This document shows, one piece after another, positions 39,983 to 54,056 of a stretch of 64,000 nt of DNA (position 1 is its first letter; each line of letters opens with the position of its first letter). The DNA comes from Octopus sinensis (taxonomy: Eukaryota), in assembly GCF_006345805.1 (NCBI RefSeq), contig NC_043000.1, positions 92,194,001 through 92,258,000 on the forward strand, in the 5' to 3' direction. The notes beneath the pieces are model-generated. The model was not told where the DNA came from and did not search any database. It saw only the letters and a program-made list of their open reading frames with translations. The translations under genes and the position numbers were made by a program.

Positions 39983-40878
39983 GGAATACTGGCAGAGCAT
40001 TCTCATCAAAACATCTGTCAAAAGTAAACATAACAGACCAAATATTGTTGTTTGAGACAGACAATAAAAAGAAGGTGATGAGCTGGCAGAAACGTTAGCA
40101 CGTGGGGCAAAATGCTTAGCAGCATTTCGTCTGTTGTTATGTTCTGAGTTCAAATTCCACTGAGATCGACTTTGCCTTTCATTCTTTCAGGGTCAATAAA
40201 TTAAGTACCTATTTCTTTATTACCCACAGGGGGCTAAACAGTGGGAACAAACAAGGACAGACATAGGTATTAAGTCGATTACATTGACCCCAGTGCATAA
40301 CTGGTACTTAATTTATCGACCCTGAAAGGATGAAAGGCAAAGTTGACCTCGGCGGAATTTGAACTCACAACGTAATGGCACACAAAATACCACTAAGCAT
40401 TTCGGCCGGCGTGCTAACGCTTCTGCCAGCTCGCTGCCTTGGTAGTCAATAAATTAAGTACCAGTTAGGCACTGGGGTCGATGTAATCGACTTAATCCGT
40501 TTACCTGTCCTTGTTTGTCCCCTCTATGTTTAGCCCCTTGTGGGCAATAAAGAAATAAGAAAAATCATGTACTGTCATAGAGGCCAGCTGTCCTGCTGAT
40601 GTCAATATCTCTGTAAAAATCAAGGAGAAAGAGGATGATAACTATGGACAACTACTTCGTAACCTCCAGCTTCTATGTCCAGATTATAAATTCACATTTA
40701 TACCAATAATAATTTGTGCACTTGGTTTTTGTAAGTAAATTCCTAAGTAACATTGTGGATAAGCTAAGGTTTTCAGAAAGGAAGAAAAAAAAAATTAATC
40801 AACTTACACATTACAAATACAATTTTTAAGTGGAATGGTAAAATTGTGTAAGACTTTTCTCAAGTTTGAAATGTGATA
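39983..40878 (+). mobile_element. Restriction-like-endonuclease (R4/NeSL-type) LINE remnant split by nested SINEs
   Basis: KHNRPNIVV*DR [SINE] SCTVIEASCPADVNI..KEKEDDNYGQLLRNL..FIPIIICALG. Confidence 0.8.
40073..40558. mobile_element. SINE B (+) containing an antisense SINE B (40210-40444)
   Basis: 18-bp TSD GTCAATAAATTAAGTACC at 40192-40209 and 40445-40462. Confidence 0.9.
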
Positions 40879-41114
40879 TTGTTTTTGTTACCCACATTCT
40901 AATGACAGAGCATTGTATCTTTGTCACAAACTAGCTGCCACCTTACATGAAGACTTTCAATAAATGTACATGTATATCGCGCTTTAATTCCAACTTCAGT
41001 CCTTTTTACATAGAATTTCCTTCTATCTGTTCCAATTACATATTTCTCTTCTCATCCACCCTCACTCAAGCTGTCTGTATCCATTCTTTATCTAACTCTC
41101 TTTACCATTCAATC

Positions 41115-41176
<62 letters not shown>

Positions 41177-41629
41177 CCTTCGTTTTCCCATTCCGTGTTT
41201 TGTTTTCTTTTATGATTTCTTATCTATTTTCACATTTCTTATATTGTAAATATTCTTTCTTTTTGCCGAAATTTTTTCAGTGTTCCTCTGCCTTTAAATT
41301 CTCCATAAATAATTACTCACTTTGTCACACAATCATACCTCCACTCTCTCTCACTCTCTCTCTCTTTCCTTCAATCTCTCTCTCAATTTCTCTGTTTCTC
41401 TCTCAGTTTCTCTCTTTCTCAATTTCTTTCTCCCAATCTCTCTCCCACATTCTCTCTCGCTCTCTCTCATTCTCTTTCTCTCACAATCTCTTTCTTTCAC
41501 AGTCTCTTTCTTTCACAGTCTCTTTCTATGCCTATCTCTCTCTATCCCAATCTCTCTCACTAAATCTCTCTCTTAACGTCTCTTTCACTCCCAGTCTCTC
41601 TCTGTCTCTCCCAGTGTCTCTCTCTCCCA

Positions 41630-41918
41630 ATTCTTCCTCTAACTCTCTCTCTCTCTCTCATTTTTATCTTTTTCACAATTCTTCCCCTACCTCTCTCTCT
41701 CTCAATTTTTATCCTTTTCACAATTCCACACCCCTCTCTCTCTCTCTCAATTTTTATCCTTTTCACAATTCTTCCTCTAACTCTCTCTCTCTCTCTCTCA
41801 ATTCTTATCTTTTTCACAATCCCCCCCCCTTGCTCTCTCAATTTTATCCTTTCCATAATTCCTCCCCTATCTCGCTTTCTCTCTCAATTTTTATCCTTTT
41901 CACAATTCCTCTGCTAAT

Positions 41919-41954
<36 letters not shown>

Positions 41955-42030
41955 AATTTCAATCCTTTTCACAATTCCTCGGCTCACTCTCTCTCAATTT
42001 TTATCTTTTTCGCAATTTCTCGCCCCCCCT
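41630..42030. repeat. ~40-bp CT-rich minisatellite
   Basis: Unit (TC)nAATTTTTATCCTTTTCACAATTC repeated roughly ten times. Confidence 0.85.
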
Positions 42031-42635
42031 CTCTCTCTGGCACTCTCTAATAATTCCTGTAATTTTCTATCAAGGTCTCAAAACTCAGCTCTCTTCCTTT
42101 CCAAACAGGACCTTCTTTAGCTCTTTCCAACTTTACTCTCCTTCTGCCTTCCCCTACCCCCTCTCTCTCTCTCTCATCCTAACTTCTTTGTCCCCTTTTC
42201 TCTTTCTCTCCCTAAATTCTCCTTCACATTCTCCAATCTCCTTACCTCCAACACACACATACACACACACACACACACTCTTACACACATACACACGCTT
42301 AGCTATCCATCTCTAGCTCTCCACTGTAAAAACCAACCAAGTTATCCCTCTACCATTTTATAATCCCAGCTTGCTGTTCCCTCATCTTTTTCCCCTTCCC
42401 ATCTCCCGGATGCTTACATTGCATTCTTTGTCCCCCCCTCCTACTGCACCATAATGCTCTGTCTCTCCCCCATTCCCAGTCACACACTAATTAGCCAGCA
42501 TTGATACATCAATGCAATTTACAAACCAAATAAGTAAAGTTAGACGCATCTTTTTTTAGAGGTAATATTACATGGGAAGTTTCATTCTTCAGCTTAAGTT
42601 TTTTTTAATTCTTTTTTTTTATATCCTTTTTGCCT

Positions 42636-43302
42636 ACGGCACCACCACCACCGCCGTCGCCGCTGCAACCATCACCACCACCATCACCACCACCACCACC
42701 ATCACCACCACCATCATCATCACCACCACCACCATCACCACCGCCATCGTCATCATAGCCACCACCACCACCAATGCCACCACCACCGACATCACCACCA
42801 CCACCATCACCACCATCGCCACCACCACAGCCATTATCATCATAGCCAGCACCACCTTCGCCAGCACCATCATCGCCAGCACCATCACCACCACCACTAT
42901 CGCCACCACCATCATTGCCACCACCACCCCCATCATCTTCATAGCCAGCACCACCTTCGCCATAGTCTTCATCATCACGAGAACTACCACCTCTACCACA
43001 GACCTCCCTACCACCACCATCGTCAGCACCACCACATCACCACATCACCACCATCACCACAACAACAACAGCAACAACAAACACCATAACTGTCACCATC
43101 ACAACTGCCTGCGACATCACCATCACCACCACTATCATCACAGCCACTACCACCAAAGCCCTGACCACCACCTCCACCACTCCTCTACCCCTAACCCTAC
43201 CCCCACCACTATCACCTTCACTACCACCACTTTTATAGCTTATACACCTCTCTGCAATTACTACTACTACTACTATTGCTTCTACTACTACTACTACTAC
43301 TA

Positions 43303-43333
<31 letters not shown>

Positions 43334-43352
43334 ATGCTACTGCTACTACTAC
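42636..43352. repeat. Compound trinucleotide tract (CAC/CAT/CAA/TAC/TGC)
   Basis: Seen directly. Confidence 0.9.
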
Positions 43353-43732
43353 AAAACAACTAAAATCATAGACATAGGTATTAATTGCCCTCACTTCTAT
43401 TACAACCAGTGTCACATGTACCATTACACTACCTACCCACATACCACCACCACTACTACTACTATAAGCCAACAAAGGATCATCCATTTCATGGTTGTTC
43501 AGTCTCCTAGAAATAGCAGCCAAATTTTCTTCGAATCACACCTTGTCATTTTTGGTGGGGTTTCTTTTTAAAAATTATTTTGGATAATGTAATTAGAAAT
43601 ATATTCTAAGTCCACCTTCAGATTGATCCACAATATGGCCTCTTTGAAATTCGCACAGTTCCAAGGTATCTTTTGTATGTGGCATGGTTAAGCAGTCACA
43701 TATAGAACCTGAAATATAAAAATGTCAATTAA

Positions 43733-44130
43733 TCATCATCATCATCATCATCATTTAACATCTGTTTTCCATGCTAGCATAGGTTGGACGGTTCGACTGG
43801 GGTTTGGGAAGTCAGGAGGCTGCACCAGGCTCCAGTCTGATCTGGCAGTGGTTCTACAGCTGGATGCCCTTCCTAATGCCAACCACTCCGTGAGTGTAGT
43901 GGGTGGTTTTTACGTGCCACCGGCACAGAGCCCAGAGGAGGCTGGCAAATGGCCACGATCGGTTGGTGCTTTTACGTGTGTCACTGATACGAGTGCCAGT
44001 CAGGAGGTGCTGTCATCTGTCACGTTCATACGGTGATTTTTATGTGAGACTGGCACGGGTATCTTAACTACAATTTCCATTTGATTTTTATTTTGATGTT
44101 GGTGTTGACGTACTTGACTCAATAGGTCAC
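43733..44130 (-). mobile_element. Family D (RTE tail) copy
   Basis: (CAT)n, GGATGCCCTTCCTAA and TTTTACGTG units; it extends as far as the 18200 copy does (ACTTG.CTCAATAGGTC). Confidence 0.85.
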
Positions 44131-44457
44131 TTAATAAGAAAATATAAAACCTTTTTAAGTTAAAATAAACTTAAAACGATGTTTTATGGAATGTCTGCTT
44201 ACTTCTCTCATGTCTGAGCATATATGTGTGTTTGTCCTCTACCACCACGTGACAATTGGTGTTGGTTTGTTTACATCCCCAAACTTAGCAATTCAGCAAA
44301 AGAGACCAGTACAATATGTACCAGGCTTTAAGAAAATAAGTACTGAGATCAATTCAGTTGGTTAAAATTCTTCTGGGCTGTGTGTTCTAGCCTGGTCACA
44401 GTCCAATGACTGAAACAAATAAAACCTTACAGATAAAAGATAGTGGTCTCAAATTCT

Positions 44458-44866
44458 TATTTCTTTGCTGCCTACAAGGGGTTAAACATAGAGGGGACAA
44501 ACAAGGACAGACAAAGGGATTAAGTCGATTACATCGACCCCAGTGCATAACTGGTACTTAATTTATCAATCCCGAAAGGATGAAATGCTAAGTCAACCTT
44601 GGCGGAATTTGAACTCAGAATGTAGCAGCAGACGAAATACCTATTTCTTTATTGCCTACAAGAGGCTAAACATAGAGGGGACAAACAAGGACAGACAAAG
44701 GGATTAAGTCGATTACATCGACCCCAGGGCAAAACTGGTACTTAATTTATCAACCCCGAAAGGATGAAAGGCTAAGTCGACCTTGGCGGAATTTAAACTC
44801 AGAATGTAGCAGCAGACAAAATACCACTAAGCATTTCACCTGGCGTGCTAACACTTCTGCAATCCC
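44458..44866 (-). mobile_element. SINE B tandem dimer enclosed by one TSD
   Basis: Two ~183-bp units; GTGGTCTCAAATTCT at 44443-44457 and 44867-44881. Confidence 0.9.
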
Positions 44867-45325
44867 GTGGTCTCAAATTCTATCAGACAGGTGATCTTGT
44901 GTAATTAACTGTGCCCTGGGAGGAACACATGAAAGAAGTTCATCATGTGTGCATATGTATATGAATATTCTTTTACTTGTTTCAGCCATTTGACTGAGGC
45001 CATGCTGGAGCACCACCTTTTTTAGTTAAACAAATCAACCCCAGGACTTATTCTTTGTAAGCCTACTACTTATTTTATCAGTCTCTTTTTGCTGAACTGC
45101 TAAGTTACAGGGGACATATATGTGTGTATGTATGTATGTATGATGTATGTATGATGTATGTACATACTGAAACTTTTAAAAGTCAAGAGGCTTACAAAAA
45201 TATCTATCTAGCTAGCTATGTATATGTACATATCTATATATGTGTATGGATTTATATGTGAACGTATTATTATCTATGTGTTCACACACACACACAAACA
45301 CACACACACACACCAACACACACAC

Positions 45326-45364
<39 letters not shown>

Positions 45365-46139
45365 ACACACATGTATATAATGACTGAAAGATTCTTTTAC
45401 TTATTTCCTTTACTCAGGGTTTAGGTTGAATTAACATAATTCACCAAACCCTAAGGGAAAGAGGAGTGAGAAACACCTACACATTTCATATTTTCCAATG
45501 CAATCAAGCATAAGTGACTAGCCATAATCCAAAATTTATTTTTCCTTATTTGGGAATTACAATTAAGTTAAGTGCCACCCAGGGTAAAGCAATCAAAAAT
45601 AGATTAACTAAAGCAGGGTTTCTCAACCATTATTTTTTTGCCTATGGACTCTTTTGATTCATCTTCTTTTTGGATGGACCCTTCTTGCCATTAGATTATT
45701 TTTTAAAAATCACTTTATATTTCTACAGTTAAATGTTATAATGAATTGTTTCCGCCATCAGACTGTGGCCATGCTGGGGCACCACCTTGAAGAATTTCTA
45801 GTTGAATGAACTGACCTCAGTACTTTTTTTTTTGTTAAGTCTGGTACTTAGTTTATTGGTTTCTTTTGCCAAACTGCTATGTTATGGGGATGTGAACCCA
45901 CCAATTCTCAAGTAGTGGTAGGGGACAAACATACACATAAAGACGCATACACACACAGACATGCACACACATACACACACACACAAACACACCACACACA
46001 CACTATATATATATAAATAGCAGTGTACGTACACTTTGGTCTCTCTATATATTTACCTACATATATCGATAGATAGATTGATAGATAGATAAATACAGAT
46101 ATAACTGTTTTTCTGTCTCTCTCTCTCTCTCTTTCTTAT

Positions 46140-46192
46140 ATGTATGTATGTATATAAATATATATAATATATATTGTATGTATGTATATAAA

Positions 46193-46268
<76 letters not shown>

Positions 46269-46271
46269 ATA

Positions 46272-46313
<42 letters not shown>

Positions 46314-46358
46314 ATAAATATATATATATGTATGTATGTATGTATGTATATAAATATT

Positions 46359-46391
<33 letters not shown>

Positions 46392-46432
46392 ATAAATATA
46401 TATATATGTATGTATGTATGTATGTATATAAA

Positions 46433-46474
<42 letters not shown>

Positions 46475-46481
46475 ATAAATA

Positions 46482-46514
<33 letters not shown>

Positions 46515-46623
46515 ATATGTATGTATGTATATAAATATATATATAGATGTATGTATGTATGTATGTATATAAATATATATATATATATGTATGTATGTAT
46601 GATGTATATATGTATGTATATAA

Positions 46624-46664
<41 letters not shown>

Positions 46665-46874
46665 ATATGTATGTATATAAATATATATATATATATATGT
46701 ATGTATGTATGTATATATGTATGTATATAAATATATATATATATATTATGTAGTGTAGTATGTATATATGTATGTATATAAATATATATATATATATATC
46801 TATGTATGTATGTATATATGTATGTATATAATATATATATATATATGTATGTATGTATATATGTATGTATATAA

Positions 46875-46906
<32 letters not shown>

Positions 46907-46929
46907 GTATATATGTATGTATATAAATA

Positions 46930-46968
<39 letters not shown>

Positions 46969-47307
46969 TATATGTGTATATAAATATATATATAATAATA
47001 TATAATATATATATATGTATGAATGTATGTAGTATGTAAATAAATATATATATATAGTATGTATGTATGTATGTATATAACTATATATAATATATATATA
47101 TAATATATATTGTATGAATGTATGTATGTATGTAAATAAATATATATATTATGTATGTATGAAGTATGTAGTATGTAAATAAATATATATTAATGTATGT
47201 ATGAATGTATGTATGTATGTAAATAAATATATATATATATATATGTATGTATGTATGTATAACATATATGTATGGTATGTATATACATATATAATATAAT
47301 ATATATA

Positions 47308-47340
<33 letters not shown>
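46140..47340. repeat. (TATG)n-TATAAA-(TA)n higher-order microsatellite array
   Basis: Seen directly. Confidence 0.9.
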
Positions 47341-47645
47341 CTGTGTGTGCATATATATCAATGTTACTATTTATCTATATCAGTATCTTTATCGATGTAT
47401 CTCTCTATGTGTATACATGTCTGTGTATGTATGGTTGTGGTTGTGTGTATGGGGGTTTTATGTCAATATTTCATTTCATCTCCTTTATTCATTCTTTCAT
47501 ACTTTTATGCATTTTTTTACCTAAATTAGTAGCAAGAAAGGTCAAAGTTTAGATATATTATATCTATCGATAGACACGGGTGTAATGAAGCAAATGTGTT
47601 TAAGTATGTGATTGAGTGTGTATGTGTGTGTGGTTGCTCTCTCTT

Positions 47646-47678
<33 letters not shown>

Positions 47679-47960
47679 GTATAAATGTATATGAGTGTGC
47701 GTGTGTATATACATATGTATATTATGTTATTCTGTTATATATATATATATATATACACATATATATGTATAGAAGTATATATATATGTATATAAGTAAGT
47801 GTCTTTACATTGTTGATAGGCAGATGACTATCTGTATATGAAAGCATCTACATGCAGTGTGTATGTGCATGTGTGCGTGTGTGTCTGTGTATATTTGTAC
47901 GAGTTGGTCTTTACATGCAATACATCTTGAAATTAAAAAAATATGTTATCAACATTTATA

Positions 47961-48170
47961 CAGGGTGCGGCAGAAACACCTCCCACATTTTAAGTTTTCA
48001 CCTATGTGTTGCTAACGAACTCCTGCAAGTGCCATGATGTTTTTATTTAGCTAACAAGCAAAAACTGTAACCTTTTGTTTAAACAACAGTAAAATTAATT
48101 TTTCATAAACGTTGTTTCTTTTTCCTTTTGTCAACCTTTTAAATGTGGAAGGTATTTCTGTCGCCCACTG
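47961..48170. mobile_element. Tc1/mariner-type MITE, 210 bp
   Basis: TA|CAGGGTGCGGCAGAAACACCTCCCACATTT ... AAATGTGGAAGGTATTTCTGTCGCCCACTG|TA. Confidence 0.8.
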
Positions 48171-48199
48171 TATCTCATAACTTAGTGGTACATTATATA

Positions 48200-48763
48200 C
48201 ACAGACAAGCAGGAAGTAAATAGACACCTTTAATTTTCAAAATTTCTGATCTGAGCATCTTAATATGTTTTCAGCTGTGTAGAATTTACGAGGTAATTAT
48301 TCTTTTTGCCATTATATTAAACCTTTGTGAAGAGTAACCATGCCACACAAAAAATTCAGAACTGTCAGATCTTCAAAGAGGTCGTATCGTTGGGCAATCT
48401 GAGGCTGATCTTAGCCAGTGAAAAATTGCTGAAAAACTTCAAATTTCTCTTGTTACTGTTTATAGAATTACAGTGCAATTCAAAAGCCAAGGAAAAGAAT
48501 CATCAGATTCTCATCCCAGCCAACTTGGGCCCTTAGAATTGAAGCTTTGCTGTTTGAAGAGAATTGTAGAAAATGAACCCCGTTCGAAAGCTTCTGACAT
48601 TGCAAAACAGCTTGAAGTTAGTCAAAAACGTGTGTTACATATCTGCATAAGCCTGGGTATTATGGATGAACAGCTAGAAGAAAACCTCTCCTTCAATCAA
48701 TTAATATCAAATAAAAGATTTTGAAAAAATTACAGGTGTCTATTTACTTCCTACATGTCTGTC
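48200..48763 (+). mobile_element. Internally deleted Tc1 element retaining the HTH region
   Basis: TIR CACAGACAAGCAGGAAGTAAATAGACACCT with TA flanks; ELSDLQRGRIVG..IAEKLQIS..TVYRI..ARRKPLL. Confidence 0.85.
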
Positions 48764-49254
48764 TATATGTCAGCAAAGTAGGAAGCAGACTTAAAGAGTA
48801 GATAAGCACTGGTTCCGATTTATGTCTTAAACTTGCAAAGATAGGTACTCCAGCATAGCCACATTCAATTGATTAAAATGACTTAAAGAACAAAAGAGAT
48901 AATATTCTTAGATAGAGTAATCATGATTCAACTTAAAAAAGTTTATTCTTTATTTTTAAATATAACCAGAATAAATGATTTGATGTTTTAAATTTATTTG
49001 TATTTTGCAATTAAAATGTAACTGAAATAAAGGATCTGGTTTTATAAATTCTTTTTTAGAACTTACCAAAGTTCTAATTATTCTTTTAAGCCGAGGGGTG
49101 TTGGTGTGAAAAATCAATTGTCTTTTTAAACACATACATACACATGCGTGCCCACACACATACATGCACACACACCACACACATACATGCACACACGCAA
49201 ACACACACTTACACATGATGATGATGAGGTGTATTGTATAGAGATATATATAAA

Positions 49255-50500
<1,246 letters not shown>

Positions 50501-50531
50501 CATTATATATATGTATGATGTTGATGATGTG

Positions 50532-50587
<56 letters not shown>

Positions 50588-50920
50588 AATATATATATGT
50601 GAGTGTGTGTATGAATGTATATATGTGTGTGTATGTGTATGTGTGTGTGTATATATGTGCATGAGTGTGCTGCATGTGTGCACATAAAATAAAAATAAAA
50701 GTGATTAAACAGAAAACGCAGGTAAAAATATATATGCACTACATCACACATGCACACACACATATTCACACGCAACATATACACACGCACATACATTCAC
50801 ATACACACATTCATTGCATGCGTATATATTTATATATATATACACATACACACCACAACGCACACACATATAATTGTATAATATATACATATGACATTAT
50901 AATTATATATATTTATATAT

Positions 50921-50974
<54 letters not shown>

Positions 50975-51200
50975 TCCAAAAGATCAATTGGAAGATGTAC
51001 AAATTTAATCAACTACATACATGTTAAGCATGAACATACACACGCAAAATCATGTACACACATTTTTATACAAAGCACACACATACACTCACAACTACCC
51101 ACGCTTATACACACAAACTGTAGATTATTCATACACACACACACACACAATCTAATATATATAATATATATATAATATATATATACACACACACCCACAC

Positions 51201-51249
<49 letters not shown>

Positions 51250-51974
51250 TCACACACACATACACACATAAGTATATGCTTACCTATATGACACAGTTAA
51301 TCCACACTCCAAGACCTCACATTTCTCTCTTAATGAATATCTCTCAGATCTTATTTCCTACTTATATATCCTGTAAGTAGAGATATGAATCTAAGAACTA
51401 CCAATTTCTTATAGCAGCAAGAATTACAAGCTACCCAAACCCACTATACCATTTAATTAGTCTTCAGGATGTAAAACATAGATAAAGATTTCAATTTTGA
51501 TTGACAGTGTGGTAGGGATTCCACATGTGTGTGTGTGTGTGTTTTGGGTGTATATGTGTGCATATACATGCTTGCATGTATGTATGCATGTATGTATGTA
51601 TATATGTATGTATGTATGTGTGCATGTATGTATATCTGTATGTATATATGTATCTATCAATCTATATGTGTATGTGTGTGCATACATTTATGCATATATA
51701 TTTGTATAAAGAGATACATATCTATATAATATATATGTATATCATATATTATATTATATTATATTATATTATATTATATTATATATATTATATTATATTA
51801 TATTTAATTATATTATATATATATATATATATATCAATGTTTTTTTTATGTTCAGTTAGCTGGTCGAAATTTCGAAGTCACTATTAACAACTTTCTTGTA
51901 TAAAAATAGCAATATTATACACACACACACACATGTGTGTGTGTGTGTGTGTGTTGTGCACATTTATCTGTCAG

Positions 51975-52265
51975 TCTCTCTTTATTCTTTTACTTGTTTC
52001 AGTCATTTGACTGCGGCCATGCTGGAGCACCGCCTTTAGTCGAGCAAATCGACCCCGGGACTTATTCTTTGTAAGCCCAGTACTTATTCTAGCAGACTCT
52101 TTTGCCGAACCGCTAAGTGACGGGGACGTAAACACACCAGCATCGGTTGTCAAGCAATGCTAGGGGGACAAACACACACACACAAACACATACACACATA
52201 TATATATATAGATATATATATATGGCGTTGCCCCAGTATGGCCAAACACACACACACAAACACAT

Positions 52266-52308
<43 letters not shown>

Positions 52309-52535
52309 GGTGCCCCAGCATGGCCACAGTTCATGAGCTGAAACTGGAATCAATCAATCAATCATATACACACACGATGAGATTCTTTCAGTTTCCTTTT
52401 ACCAAATTCACTCACAAGGCTTTGGGCAACCCGAAGCTATAGTAGAAGACACCTGCCCAAGGTACCATGCAGTGGAACTGAACCCAGAACCATGTGGTTG
52501 GTAAGCAACCTACTTACCACACAGCTACTCCTGCC
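51975..52535 (-). mobile_element. SINE family C copy with an expanded or interrupted middle
   Basis: Tail at 51975-52180 and head at 52375-52535; extra CCCCAG(C/T)ATGGCC pieces lie between. Confidence 0.8.
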
Positions 52536-52584
52536 ACCTGTATGTATACACGCACATGCAAATATATATATATATATATATATA

Positions 52585-52832
52585 ATCATCATCATCATCA
52601 TTTAGCGTCCGCTTTCCATGCTAGCATGGGTTGGACGGTTCAACTGGGGTCTGTGAAGCCAGAAGGCTGCATCAAGCCCAGTCTGATCTGGCAGTGTTTC
52701 TACGGCTGGATGCCCTTCCTAACGCCATCCACTCCTTGAGTGTAGTGGGTGCTTTTTACGTGCCACCCGCACAGGTGCCAGATGGAGCAGGCAAACAGCC
52801 ACGGACGGATGGTGCTTTTTACGTGCCACTGG
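52585..52832 (-). mobile_element. Family D (RTE tail) copy
   Basis: Closely matches 53181-53570 and 37503-37893. Confidence 0.85.
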
Positions 52833-53180
52833 ACATTTATATATATACATATATATACATATATATATATATATACACATATATATAGCATATATATATG
52901 TGTGTGTGCATATACATATATATATATATATACATACATGCACACACACATGTTCAAATTAAAATACAAATTAAAATTAAAATTGGAAACTCAACTTCTC
53001 CATTTTCCAGGTTTTAATTTGAATATTTATAAACAAAGTTTTATACTTAAATCTATTATTGTAGGAATATAACTATTCACAATAAACTAGTAGGTAACAA
53101 ACCAATAATTCATTGGATATTTTCTATCCTTTAAGGTGGTTATTTTAACCTTCATTTAAACTTGCATATATATATATATA

Positions 53181-53570
53181 TCATCATCATCATCATCATC
53201 ATCATCGTTTAGCGTCCGTTTTCCATGCTAGCATGGGTTGGACGGTTCTACTGGGGTCTGTGAAGCCAGAAGGCTTCATCAGGCCCAGTCAAATCTGGCA
53301 GTGTTTCTACGGCTGGATGCTCTTCCTAACGCCAACCACTCCGAGAGTGTAGTGGGTGCTTTTTACGTGCCACCCGCACAGGTGCCAGACAGAGCTGGCA
53401 AACGGCCACGAACGGATGGTGCTCTTTATGTGCCACCGGCACGAGGGCCAGGCGAGGCTGGCAATGGACACGAAACGTGGCGGTGCTGGCAACGGTCGCG
53501 AAACGGAAGGTTCTCTTACATGTCACTGGCACTGGTAACACATCTGCAATTTCCATTGATCGATTTCACA
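53181..53570 (-). mobile_element. Family D (RTE tail) copy, inverted relative to 55240-55625
   Basis: Reverse complement of the RTE 3' UTR, including GGAAATTGCAGATGTGTT. Confidence 0.85.
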
Positions 53571-53815
53571 AGCATGGCCACAGCTCATAAGCTGAAACTA
53601 GAATCAATCAATCATATATATATGAAACAAAATTTTATACAGAGATACCCAAGGTTTCACACCCACAAAGCCAATGCCTTGTGGACAGCTCTGTCTACAA
53701 GGTTTTGGCTTTGTGGGTGCGAAACCTTGGTTAACTATGCAAAATTTTGTTGTAATAATTACAAATTACAGCTCTATGTTTTAGAGTGTGCTTCTTTCTG
53801 TTTTTTATTAACTGA

Positions 53816-53870
<55 letters not shown>

Positions 53871-54056
53871 TGTATGTGTATATATGTATGTGTATATATA
53901 TATACACATACATATATTGTATGTGTATAATGTATTGTGTATCTATATATATGTATATATAAGTATATATATATAATGTATATATCTGTATATATATGTA
54001 TGTATATATGTATTATGTATATATATATACCATACATATATGTATGTGTATATATA

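Noticed and set aside
41200-42120. 306-aa Ser/Leu ORF
   Set aside because: CT microsatellite and minisatellite.
42572-43363. 263-aa mucin-like ORF with a hydrophobic N-terminus
   Set aside because: It is a trinucleotide tract open in several frames; no complexity or splice support.
51284-51371. Minus-strand exon with a GTAAGC donor
   Set aside because: Stops in all frames and a short pyrimidine tract; chance occurrence is likely.
53238-53930. 230-aa ORF
   Set aside because: It runs antisense through a family D repeat into a microsatellite.
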